Part shown: positions 37,573-46,585 of the stretch, piece by piece
Layout: the number at the start of each line of letters is the position of its first letter
How positions within the stretch are numbered: position 1 is the first letter of the stretch
Assembly (NCBI GenBank): GCA_963816145.1
Contig: CAWFJP010000030.1
Coordinates: 512,001-576,000 of the forward strand
From: an uncultured delta proteobacterium
GTDB lineage: Bacteria > Desulfobacterota > Binatia > UBA9968
Direction of reading: 5' to 3'
DNA length: 64,000 nt
The notes under the pieces: model-generated
Seen by the model: the letters and a program-made list of their open reading frames with translations, nothing else
Database searches by the model: none
Told to the model about the DNA's origin: nothing
Position numbers and translations under genes: made by a program

Positions 37573-38475
37573 CTAGGAAAGCTTTCTCCCCTCCTCCATC
37601 TCCTCCAAGGTCCGCGGCCAATCGTCTTTGAGCAAGCGTGACAGGCTGCGGTCGGCGAGCAATTTGCCGCCGGTCTGACATTTCGCGCAGTAGTTGGTTT
37701 CGTTCTCGGCGTAGACAATGCGCTGCACCGGCGCGCCGCAGACGGGACAGGGCTTGCGATACTTGCCGTGGACCGCCATGTCGTCGCGGAATGCCGTCAC
37801 TCGCTCGGGGAATTCGTTGCCGGTGTCTTTGCGAAGATCGATCGATCCACTCCGCATGCACTCGCGTGTCGCCTGAAAGAGGCTTACGATTTCGTCGTCG
37901 CTCAACTGCTTGGTCTGCTTTATTGGCGACAGCTTGGCGCGATGAAGAATTTCGTCCGAGTAGGCGTTACCGATCCCGCTGAACACATAGGGATCGGTCA
38001 AGGTTCGCTTCAGCGTGTGATTCTCGCGCGTCAGTGCGGCGCGAAACGACACCAGCTCGGCATCGAAAATCTCCAGCCCACCAGGATCATGCTCTCGGAG
38101 TTGCTCGCGGCCCTGAACGAGATGCAGCGACGCCCGCTTCTTGGTGCCCATCTCGGTCAAGAGCAACGTCGCCATAGGGAAGTCGAAGGCCGCATGGCCG
38201 TACTTGCGCGGCACGGCGATGCCGCGCTTCTTCCAATGAAACCGGCCGGTGATCATGAGGTGAAAAACCAGGAACAGCTCGTCTTCGAGCTCGAAAACGA
38301 TGCGCTTGCCGATGCGCTGGAAGCCGACAATCTTCTTGCCTTCCGCCGCCCGAATCGGCGGCTCGAAGGTGCGCAAGAGAAACGGATTGCCGAGACGAAT
38401 TTTTTCCAGAGGCTGATTTAATAAACGTGCCTGCAGGGCTTCGATGTAAATAGTGATGTCGGGAAGTTCCGGCAT
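37573..38475 (-). CDS. mutM: Fpg/Nei family DNA glycosylase/AP lyase
   Basis: N-terminal MPELP; RIGK; HLM; GIGNAYSDEIL (H2TH); CPVC...CAKCQ zinc finger; start ATG 38475. Confidence 0.88.
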   Translation of the reverse strand: MPELPDITIYIEALQARLLNQPLEKIRLGNPFLLRTFEPPIRAAEGKKIVGFQRIGKRIVFELEDELFLVFHLMITGRFHWKKRGIAVPRKYGHAAFDFPMATLLLTEMGTKKRASLHLVQGREQLREHDPGGLEIFDAELVSFRAALTRENHTLKRTLTDPYVFSGIGNAYSDEILHRAKLSPIKQTKQLSDDEIVSLFQATRECMRSGSIDLRKDTGNEFPERVTAFRDDMAVHGKYRKPCPVCGAPVQRIVYAENETNYCAKCQTGGKLLADRSLSRLLKDDWPRTLEEMEEGRKLS

Positions 38476-38484
38476 GGATGAATT

Positions 38485-38645
38485 AATGGAATAATGGAAA
38501 ATGGATAATTGAGAATGGCAGATCGTGGACTCAAATTTATCCGCGTTTGCTTCGCTGCATACAAGTTCCTCCCACCTTCCCATTTCCTCCCCCGCGCCGC
38601 GGGGGAGGATGAAGGAGGGGGCTTGAACGATTTGAACGTGTTAAA
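38485..38645. repeat. Stacked repeats: AATGGA heptamers (family E), family G palindrome, TTGAAC units
   Basis: AATGGAATAATGGAAAATGGATAATTGAGAATGG; CCTCCCCCGCGCCGCGGGGGAGG; TTGAACGATTTGAAC. Confidence 0.75.
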
Positions 38646-40059
38646 TCCGAGCACTCTCCCTTGCCGTCAAGAACTCCTTGGCCTGCATCGGGAACAACAC
38701 GCCCAACAGCAAATCCTCATCGCATTTCGCCAGCGGCCCGAGATCCTTGACCGCCTTATCCCAATCCGCCGGATCGGCCATCTCGCCGGAACGGATCGAG
38801 TAGTCGGGCTGTTTGTCTTTCATGATTTTCTTGATCAAGTCCGGGTTCACCGCTCCCGGCGGCCGGCCGTATTTGCCTTTGACATAATCTTGGGTCTCTT
38901 TGGTGACGATCTTGTAGCGCTCGCCGGCGAGGACGTTGAGCACCGCTTGCACGCCGACGATCTGGCTGGTTGGCGTCAGCAGCGGCGGATGGCCCAAATC
39001 TTTTTCCACGCTCGGGGTTTCTTTCAGCGCCGCGTCCATCAAGTCCATACGCTTGGCTTCCTTCAACTGCGCCACCATGTTGGAGATCATGCCGCCGGGA
39101 ACTTTGTGGATGAAAACTTCGGCGCTGACGCCGGTGTAACCGGTTTCGTATTTTTCATACTTCTCTTTGATCTGGCGGGTGATCAGCGATGGCTCTTCGA
39201 GCGCCTTCAAGTCGATGCCGGTGTCGAATGGCGTGCCGGCGAGCGACGCGACCATAGTTTCAGTCGCCGGGTGGGCAGACCCGAAAGACAACGGCGACAG
39301 CACCGTATCGATCATGTCGACGCCGGCGAGCACCGCCATCAAATGACACATGCTCGACGTCCCGCCCATGTCGTGGCAATGCAGCAACACTGGGAGCTTG
39401 CCCTTGGCGCGATCTTTGATGCCTTTGATGATCCGGTACGCATTGAAGGGCGTGAGAATTCCGGTGGCATCCTTGAGCGACAGCCAATCGGCGCCTACAT
39501 CGATCAATTGCTCGGCATACTCCAGCCATTTCGCCAGCGTGTGCACCGGGCTCACCGTGTAATTGACTTCCACATGGGCTTCGCCGCCGAACTCTTTGAC
39601 CGCCTTGGTCGCCGTCTCGATGTTGCGAAAGTCGTTGGTCGCTTCGAAGACGCGAAATACATTGATGCCGTTAGCCACCGCGCGCTCGACGAACTTGTAA
39701 ACGATCTTGTCGGTGTACGGCCGGTAGGCAAGAATATGCTGGCCGCGCAGAAGCATCTGCAGTTTGGTCTTGGGCATCACGGCTTTGATGCGCCGGAGCC
39801 GATCCCACGGGTCTTCGTTCAAGTAGCGCATGCAGACATCGAAGGTCGCGCCGCCCCAAACTTCGACGGCGTAAAAGCCGCAGTTGTCGATGGAGGCGCA
39901 TAACGGCAAGAGATCGTCGGTGGTGACCCGGGTGGCGAGTTTGCACTGCTGGCCGTCGCGCGGTGTCAAGTCCGTGATCTTGACCCTGCGGCTGCCCGCC
40001 GGCTCGGTGAGCAGTTTGTTCATGTCGGCAGCCAATTGGTTCAATACTTCGTCGCTCAT
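38641..40059 (-). CDS. Pyruvate/oxaloacetate carboxyltransferase (pyruvate carboxylase B / OadA / transcarboxylase 5S-like), no biotinyl domain
   Basis: RDGQQ; EVWGGATFD; QMLLRG; LKD; HCH; PGGMISN; TPTSQIVG. Confidence 0.9.
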   Translation of the reverse strand: MSDEVLNQLAADMNKLLTEPAGSRRVKITDLTPRDGQQCKLATRVTTDDLLPLCASIDNCGFYAVEVWGGATFDVCMRYLNEDPWDRLRRIKAVMPKTKLQMLLRGQHILAYRPYTDKIVYKFVERAVANGINVFRVFEATNDFRNIETATKAVKEFGGEAHVEVNYTVSPVHTLAKWLEYAEQLIDVGADWLSLKDATGILTPFNAYRIIKGIKDRAKGKLPVLLHCHDMGGTSSMCHLMAVLAGVDMIDTVLSPLSFGSAHPATETMVASLAGTPFDTGIDLKALEEPSLITRQIKEKYEKYETGYTGVSAEVFIHKVPGGMISNMVAQLKEAKRMDLMDAALKETPSVEKDLGHPPLLTPTSQIVGVQAVLNVLAGERYKIVTKETQDYVKGKYGRPPGAVNPDLIKKIMKDKQPDYSIRSGEMADPADWDKAVKDLGPLAKCDEDLLLGVLFPMQAKEFLTARESARI

Positions 40060-40159
40060 GGAAATTCTCCTCTAGTTTCACGGTGGATCGGACAGCCTCC
40101 GCGTTGGCACCGTTTATAGGCCATTTCATGTAGCGACAGCAAAGACCTGAACATCCTCG

Positions 40160-40239
40160 TCACCACGAAGGCACGAAGAGCACGAAGTTCGGAATAATAA
40201 ATTCCCAAAACCTTCGTGTCCTTCGTGCCTTCGTGGTGA
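40160..40239. repeat. Family A palindromic element
   Basis: TCACCACGAAGGCACGAAGAGCACGAAG ... CTTCGTGTCCTTCGTGCCTTCGTGGTGA. Confidence 0.9.
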
Positions 40240-40322
40240 AAACTCTTTCCCAATTGGACGCAATAGTCCAGTCCAAGTTTTGCGCCTTGCATTTCCGAAC
40301 TTATTCTCCTACAAACCGGCAA

Positions 40323-40670
40323 ATGAAGATCGTCCGACTTTACACCGGCGCCGATAGCGAATCGCACTTCGAAGACATCGAGGTTGAAATGAATCCGCAA
40401 GGTGTCGATTTGGTTTCGGCGCTGCATCCGGCCCATGGCATCATGTTCCGTACGGCGACGCCGAGCCATCAGAGCGGCTATCATACCGTGCCGAGACGAC
40501 AATATGTCATCACGCTCGCCGGCCAAGTCGAGATTGAGACCGGTGACGGCACCGTGCGCCACTTCGGACCAGGAGACGTGATGCTCGCCGAGGACACCAC
40601 CGGGCGCGGCCATATGACCCGCGTGGTCGGCGACCAGCCGCGCCACTATGTCTTCATCCCGTTGAAATAG
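40323..40670 (+). CDS. Small cupin-domain protein
   Basis: YTGADSESHFED; HTVPRRQYVITLAG; FGPGD; EDTTGRGH. Confidence 0.85.
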   Translation: MKIVRLYTGADSESHFEDIEVEMNPQGVDLVSALHPAHGIMFRTATPSHQSGYHTVPRRQYVITLAGQVEIETGDGTVRHFGPGDVMLAEDTTGRGHMTRVVGDQPRHYVFIPLK

Positions 40671-40745
40671 GAAAAGCTAATCGACTCACAACCCGTTTCG
40701 CTCCGACGGGACCGTTTCTCCGTCGCTATCGTCCCCTGCTCGAAC

Positions 40746-41855
40746 TTGATGCCATCCATGATGGTCGCGACGCTGGGCATCGCCTTGCCGGAGATCCGTC
40801 TGACATTTTCGCTAACCGCACTTCAAGCCGGCAGTCTCTTTTCCGTCATGATGCTCATCGCCGCGGTCACCAGCGGCGTCGCCGGCCGCCTGGCGGATAG
40901 AATCGGCCGCAAAACCGTGCTCATCACCGGTCTGAGCCTGCTCGCTTCCGGATTCGGCCTTGCCGGGATCAGCGGTCATCCGCGGTTCTTCTTCCTGCTC
41001 CTCGCCGTCACCGGCATCGGCTACGGCTTCACGCCGCCGTCGCTCTACGCCATCATGTCAGACCTCTTGCCCAACCGCCGCGGTTTGGGGGCGAGCCTAG
41101 TCTCCGTGACCTATGGAATCGGCGGCGCCATCGGCGCCGTGCTGGCGAGCCGGATAACCGCTGCCTTCGGCTGGCGCGCTGCGTTCGTCACCGTCGGCGC
41201 CATCGCCGCCGCTGACATGTTGCTGCAACTTTGTTGGATTCACGACCGCCATCCAAGACGGACGGCGGCAGAATCAGGCTCGTTCCGTGACGCGCTGTCC
41301 TTGTCGATTTTGATTCTTGCCCTCGCGGAGTTCATCGGCGGCTCGGTGTTCTGGGCTTCGGCGGCCTGGACGCCGACGCTGCTGCGCACCGCCAAGCATC
41401 TCAGTTTACAAGAAGCGGGTTGGATCATGGGCATCTTGAGCGTCGCCAACATGCTCGGCTCGTTTACTCTGGGCAACCTTTCCGATATCTTCGGCCGCAA
41501 GCGCGTCATCGCGCTCAGCGCGTTTCCCGCCGCGGCGGCGGCCTTCGTCCTGTTCTACTGGCTGCAAACCCCGCTGTCTCTCGCCATCGGCATCGCCGTT
41601 TTCGGCCTCATCAAAGCTTCGGTGCCAGCGTTGGTCGTCGCACTGGCCCAAGAGGCCGCGCCGCCCGGCAATGCCGGCACCGCCAGCGGCATCATCATGG
41701 CGCTCCACTACTTCGCCGGCGTCATCGCCCCGCTGATCGCCGCCCAAATCATCGTCGACACCGGCGACATTGTCCTGGCGATGATCCTGACGACCGCGTT
41801 GCCCTTGGTACTCTACGGCTGCCTGATCGGCGCAGTCCGCGAGCGAAACCGATAA
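40746..41855 (+). CDS. MFS transporter (start uncertain)
   Basis: Motif A GRLADRIGRK and GNLSDIFGRK; multiple TMs; frame open from 40671. Confidence 0.88.
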   Translation: MMPSMMVATLGIALPEIRLTFSLTALQAGSLFSVMMLIAAVTSGVAGRLADRIGRKTVLITGLSLLASGFGLAGISGHPRFFFLLLAVTGIGYGFTPPSLYAIMSDLLPNRRGLGASLVSVTYGIGGAIGAVLASRITAAFGWRAAFVTVGAIAAADMLLQLCWIHDRHPRRTAAESGSFRDALSLSILILALAEFIGGSVFWASAAWTPTLLRTAKHLSLQEAGWIMGILSVANMLGSFTLGNLSDIFGRKRVIALSAFPAAAAAFVLFYWLQTPLSLAIGIAVFGLIKASVPALVVALAQEAAPPGNAGTASGIIMALHYFAGVIAPLIAAQIIVDTGDIVLAMILTTALPLVLYGCLIGAVRERNR

Positions 41856-41862
41856 ATCCCAT

Positions 41863-41942
41863 TCACCACGAAGGCACGAAGGACACGAAGGTTCCGGAAA
41901 ATATTATTCCGAACTTCGTGATCTTCGTGTACTTCGTGGTGA
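41863..41942. repeat. Family A palindromic element
   Basis: Three CACGAAG units per arm, between convergent genes. Confidence 0.9.
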
Positions 41943-41970
41943 GAATCATCGCCGCATTGAACCTGAAAAT

Positions 41971-42291
41971 TCACCGCAACCAGGAAAACAGAAGCACCAG
42001 CACCATCCCAACCAGCATGCCGATGACGGCGCTTTTAGTTTTGTAAGCGATGGCGACGGTCACAGCCAAGGCGACGGCGCGATACGGCGCGGCTTGCGCA
42101 TCGAAGCGCGGGCCGGACATGAACAGCGTGATCGAGATCAAGCCGCACAGTAGCGCGTAGGACAGATAGCGCAGCAGACGGTCCCAGGTATCGGGGAAAC
42201 TCTTGCCGACGAGAAACAACTGCGGCAGGGCGCGCAGGACCAACGCCGACAATCCGAGAATGAAAATAAGCTCTAAACGCGAGAAAGCCAT
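41971..42291 (-). CDS. azlD: AzlD-like branched-chain amino acid exporter small subunit
   Basis: 106 aa, hydrophobic, LRALP motif, overlaps the azlC stop. Confidence 0.75.
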   Translation of the reverse strand: MAFSRLELIFILGLSALVLRALPQLFLVGKSFPDTWDRLLRYLSYALLCGLISITLFMSGPRFDAQAAPYRAVALAVTVAIAYKTKSAVIGMLVGMVLVLLFSWLR

Positions 42292-42998
42292 TTTTCCAAA
42301 GTCCAACCCAAGAAAGCGATCAGCGCCGCCGTCACCAGCCAGCCCCAGCCGGGATTGAATAGCGCGCCGGGAATCGCCGTAACAATGCTCGCCAGACAAA
42401 TGAGCGGCATGGTCTTGCCCTTCATCTCCGCCACCAGCAGGCCAGCGAAATAACCCGGCAGAATGAATTTCAAAGCCTCTTCGAACCCCGCCGGGAAACT
42501 CAGCGCCACGCCAAACCCGGCGGCGGTGCCGGCTACCCAGACGGTGAACGCGGTGGCGCCGATGCCGGCGAAGAATCCCAGGTTGCCGTAACCATCGGCA
42601 ACGGAACTGCCGCCGCTGACCTCGCGTTCTTTTTGAAATTGTAAATACGGCACGATGAAGCTACTGGCGCTGACGACATGGGACGCGAGCACCAGCGGCA
42701 AGCGCCTGACGTCGCGAAAGAACGGCGCCAACGCCGTGCTCATCGGCAGGAAGCGCAGGTTCATCAGCAAGCCGGCGACCAATACCGTCGCCGCCGACTT
42801 GCCTTCAGCGAGCGGCACGAGCACTGCGAATTGAGCGGGACCCGAGTAAACCCAAGCCGACATGAGCACGACCTCCTCAAGCGTCAGCCCATGGGCCTGC
42901 GCCGCAATCCCCCAGGCAACCGACGACGGCACGAAGGCGATCCAGATCGGAATCGCCGCCTTCATCCCCTGGCGAAATCGCGGCGCAAAAGACATCAC
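42273..42998 (-). CDS. azlC: AzlC family transporter permease
   Basis: MSAWVYSGPAQF; NLRFLPMS; WVAGTAAG. Confidence 0.88.
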   Translation of the reverse strand: MMSFAPRFRQGMKAAIPIWIAFVPSSVAWGIAAQAHGLTLEEVVLMSAWVYSGPAQFAVLVPLAEGKSAATVLVAGLLMNLRFLPMSTALAPFFRDVRRLPLVLASHVVSASSFIVPYLQFQKEREVSGGSSVADGYGNLGFFAGIGATAFTVWVAGTAAGFGVALSFPAGFEEALKFILPGYFAGLLVAEMKGKTMPLICLASIVTAIPGALFNPGWGWLVTAALIAFLGWTLEKWLSRV

Positions 42999-43152
42999 CC
43001 TCGCTTAACGGAGAAATCGACAAATAACATTGGAAAGAATGAAAGGTGAGGGACTTGCTTTCGCCACGAAGTGTTCATGATCTTCTGGTCGTCTACAGAG
43101 TATAAAATTGCATCTCTCCCCCCCCGGCGCCACATGGTTCCTCTCTTGATTG

Positions 43153-43473
43153 GTCATGCCGGCGAAGGCCGGCATCCAAGGGAGGAACGGGGATGGATAC
43201 CGGCTTTCGCCGGTATGACGGAAGAGTCAACCCAATTCGTCGCCCAGATCGTACCTGTACGTGTATTTTCTAAGGAGAGCACTCACGACATTGCCGTCAG
43301 AAGTCTCACTCTCACTTATATCGCTGACCTTTCCAAGAATCCCACCCCCAGCGCACCACCGGGCGTATGCCATACGCCCTACCCAAGATTTGCGCCGATA
43401 CTCTGCGGTTTCTGCGCCTTTTGCGGATCATTATCCGAATCCGAAAGCTGTGAGTCCTTTGCGTTCTTTGCGG
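43153..43473. repeat. Mosaic: family H palindrome (43153-43219), GTAG REP (43361-43382, minus), family F 9-mers
   Basis: GTCATGCCGGCGAAGGCCGGCATCCA...TGGATACCGGCTTTCGCCGGTATGAC; GGGCGTATG-C-CATACGCCC-TAC; CTCTGCGGTTTCTGCGCCTTTTGCGG. Confidence 0.8.
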
Positions 43474-43525
43474 CAACGTCCCGATCCGATCTCGTGACTC
43501 ACGCCTCTAGCCTCGCGCCTTCTGC

Positions 43526-45268
43526 CTAACCCGATCCCGCCACTTGCTGCTGCTTGCGCGCGTAAATCCAAAAGCTCGTCACCACCGGCGACATCACCGC
43601 GATCATCATGATCGCGATGGCCGCGGCATCGCCCAGCCCGCCGCCATGCCACTGTCCCCAGATGTACGTCGACAGCACCTGGCTTTTCGGCGACGATAAG
43701 AATACCGCCATGGTCAACTCGCGGTAGGCCGACAGTGAAGTCCAAATCCAGGTGTAAACCAGCCCCGGCTTGATTAGCGGCACGATGATTTTGGCGAGGA
43801 TCTTGAACGACGACGCGCCGCCCACCTGCGCCGCTTCCTCCAACTCGCGATGCACTTGGATCATGCTGTTGTTCAACACCCGCGTACCGAAGCTGATCCA
43901 GCAGATTACATAGACAGCCATGATGACGAAGATCGTGCCATAGAGCGGCACGACGTTGGACACTAGCAACGCCACATACGCGATCGCCAAGGCGAACAGC
44001 AAGTTCGGCACGGGATGGGGCAGAAAGGCGACGGCATCCAAGGCCACCCGCCAGCGCAATTTCGAGCGCGTAACGATCCACGACACCGCCGCGCAGATCA
44101 AGACAATCAATGTCGGCACCGCGACCATCAGGAGCACCGTATTCATCGCCGCTCCCAAGATCGCGCTGTCGAAGGCCGCCGCGGTGTAGCGCTCGAAGGT
44201 CAACGTCGACAGCGCCTGCCAAGTTGGCGCTTGGACGTAGGGCAGCAGCGATACCCAGAAGATCGCCAAGAGCGGCAACACGAACGCCAGCGTGAAATAA
44301 AGTCCGAGCAACCCCCACGCGATCCAGCGCCAGCGGCCCAACTCCACCGGCCGCGGCTGATAGGCCTTGCCGGAAATGATCTGATACTTATGGCTATGCT
44401 TAAGCGCAATGAAGTACGGGATCATCAAGATCAACGACAACCCGACCATGATCGTGCCGTAAGCACCGCTCAAACCGTAGCGCGGCAAGCCCTCGTTGGG
44501 ATTGATCATGAAGTAGATCGCCGTACTGAAGGTAAAAATGTTATTGGCCATACCGATCACGCCGGGCACGTCGAAGGCGGCGATCGCCACGGTGAACATC
44601 CAGATAACTGCCGAGAACAACGCCGGCCAAATCAACGGCAGCTCGATGCGCACCAGCGTGCGCCATTGGCTCACGCCATGGACGCTGGCCGCTTCGACGA
44701 GAGCCGGGTTCATACTTTTCAGCGCGGCGGAGATCATCACGTAAGCCAACGGCGTCAAGGTCAATCCCTGCACCCAGCCGATACCGGTCAACGTCGCGAT
44801 GTTGAGCGGCGCGTTGGTCAGGCCTAACAGCTGCATGAGAAAAATATTGATCACGCCGATGCGCGGGTGCAGCAAAAACACCCAACCCATCGCCTTGAGA
44901 AAGGTCGGAAACAAGATACCGATGCTAAGCAAACTCATCGCCAGCGCTTTGTAGGGCATGTCGGTGCGCTCGACCAACCAGGCGAAGATAAACCCTAGCG
45001 GCACCGCCACCGCGATGGTCACCGCGGAAAAATAGAGAGTCGTCCACATTACCTTGTAGGTGTAAGGATCGGCGAGGATCGCCGCATAGTTCCTGAGCGA
45101 ATAATCCGACGCCTGCCCCGGCACGCCGGTGCGCAGGCTCATCCAGATGATCATCCCCAAAAGCAGCAGAATGGAAAGCGCCGCAACCCCCGCGACCGCT
45201 ACCAGCGACAACTGCGACCAGTTGATATTCGTGCCGCGGGGCTCGGGCATGAGGACTTGAGTGGACAT
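43526..45268 (-). CDS. ABC transporter permease, FbpB/iron(III)-type (two EAA loops)
   Basis: LVEAASVHG and LEEAAQVGG; about 12 TMs. Confidence 0.92.
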   Translation of the reverse strand: MSTQVLMPEPRGTNINWSQLSLVAVAGVAALSILLLLGMIIWMSLRTGVPGQASDYSLRNYAAILADPYTYKVMWTTLYFSAVTIAVAVPLGFIFAWLVERTDMPYKALAMSLLSIGILFPTFLKAMGWVFLLHPRIGVINIFLMQLLGLTNAPLNIATLTGIGWVQGLTLTPLAYVMISAALKSMNPALVEAASVHGVSQWRTLVRIELPLIWPALFSAVIWMFTVAIAAFDVPGVIGMANNIFTFSTAIYFMINPNEGLPRYGLSGAYGTIMVGLSLILMIPYFIALKHSHKYQIISGKAYQPRPVELGRWRWIAWGLLGLYFTLAFVLPLLAIFWVSLLPYVQAPTWQALSTLTFERYTAAAFDSAILGAAMNTVLLMVAVPTLIVLICAAVSWIVTRSKLRWRVALDAVAFLPHPVPNLLFALAIAYVALLVSNVVPLYGTIFVIMAVYVICWISFGTRVLNNSMIQVHRELEEAAQVGGASSFKILAKIIVPLIKPGLVYTWIWTSLSAYRELTMAVFLSSPKSQVLSTYIWGQWHGGGLGDAAAIAIMMIAVMSPVVTSFWIYARKQQQVAGSG

Positions 45269-45306
45269 GAAGACCTTGTTTTTTCGCTAAGGAGAAATTT
45301 GCTCTC

Positions 45307-45373
45307 GTCATTCCCGCGAAAGCGGGGAATCCAGGCTTCGCAACGGATGGATACCGGTTCTCACCGGTATGAC
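45307..45373. repeat. Family H palindromic REP-like element
   Basis: GTCATTCCCGCGAAAGCGGGGAATCCA...TGGATACCGGTTCTCACCGGTATGAC. Confidence 0.8.
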
Positions 45374-45431
45374 GGATCAATGGAATGGCAACTGCCAGTC
45401 GACTCAAAGCGCATTCGTGACCGACACTCCA

Positions 45432-46475
45432 TCACTTCAACATGATCTTGTTTAGCTCTTCCTCGAGCCCGGCATCGGCCTTGAGAAACACCTCGCTCAA
45501 TTGTTTGGGATCCTGCAGCTTGATCTTGTTGGTCTTGACGTATTTCGCCAAAATCGTCCCCTCGACCAGATGGGAGCTGCGATAGTCCTGCTTCTCCAGC
45601 ACGCTTTGCGCCTCGCGGGTGGTCATAAAAGCAATGAAAAGTTTGGCCATGTTGGGATGCACGGAGTTCTTCGGCACGCCCAGCTGATAATAGGATGAAG
45701 TCGCAGGAGATGAACCCGCCAAGCCGACCAGCGGCGCGTTTTTGGCTTGCCATTTCCACATCGCCTCCAGCGGCCCGCCGGTGCTCGCCATGATCGGAAA
45801 CTCGCCGCTGACGATGCGCTCTTCTTCACCCTGGCGCAGCCGGCCGCCCGCAAGCGGCGCCAATTTACGTGCGAAGTTGAGCACTTTCTCCTTGCCCCAC
45901 ATCGGCGTCAGACGGATCAACCAGTGAATATACGCCGGAATCGCCATTTTCCCGGCCCAAGCCGGCGATAGCGCCGGATCGATCAAATCTTCGTAGCCTT
46001 TCGGCGCTTTATCTTTGGCAATCGCATTGGAGTTATAAATGATGCCGTGAAACGACGAATACACCAGCAACGACTCCTGCGGGGTAATTTCCATCTCCTT
46101 GGTCACCCAGGGAAAGATTGCCGCCCAATTGATCTTCTCCAGCGCCTTCTCCTCTTGCATATCCGCAAACGTGCCGTCGGAGCCGAGATACATATCGGTG
46201 GACGATTTCGAACCCGCCTTCTGCTCGGTGATAATCCGCGCCGCCATCTGCGGAAAGCTGGGCCCGCCGCTCAAATTCAGTTTGGCCTTGAAGCCATAGC
46301 GCTTGGCGAACAGCGCTTCGAGTTCGGCAAAACCCTTCTTGCCGCCGAAGGTCGACGTGCTCGCGACCAGCGTGACCTCGCCTTCCTTCTTCGCCTCGGC
46401 GACGATCTGCTCGAGCTTCTGCGCCTGCGCGAGCGGCGGTAAAAGTAACAAAATAGCAAGTATGAGTTTCAGCAC
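45432..46475 (-). CDS. Extracellular solute-binding protein (Fe/polyamine type)
   Basis: GTG start after AGGAG; signal peptide; AKKEGEV; APKGYEDL; HPNMAKLF. Confidence 0.85.
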   Translation of the reverse strand: MLKLILAILLLLPPLAQAQKLEQIVAEAKKEGEVTLVASTSTFGGKKGFAELEALFAKRYGFKAKLNLSGGPSFPQMAARIITEQKAGSKSSTDMYLGSDGTFADMQEEKALEKINWAAIFPWVTKEMEITPQESLLVYSSFHGIIYNSNAIAKDKAPKGYEDLIDPALSPAWAGKMAIPAYIHWLIRLTPMWGKEKVLNFARKLAPLAGGRLRQGEEERIVSGEFPIMASTGGPLEAMWKWQAKNAPLVGLAGSSPATSSYYQLGVPKNSVHPNMAKLFIAFMTTREAQSVLEKQDYRSSHLVEGTILAKYVKTNKIKLQDPKQLSEVFLKADAGLEEELNKIMLK

Positions 46476-46512
46476 AGCATGACTCCTTCTGGAGTGAGAC
46501 GATAAAGGTCGA

Positions 46513-46585
46513 GAATGGAAGATAGAGCATGGCAAGACACAAGAACGATCCGTCATTTTCAATTCTCCATTATCCATTATCAATT
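46513..46585. repeat. Family E heptamer inverted repeat
   Basis: GAATGGAAGATAGAGCATGG ... CATTTTCAATTCTCCATTATCCATTATCAATT. Confidence 0.65.

Noticed and set aside
38509-39903. Long antisense ORFs (also 3310-4236, 4397-5494, 20146-21045, 57430-58458)
   Set aside because: Shadow frames of well-supported genes in GC-rich DNA with no recognisable motifs
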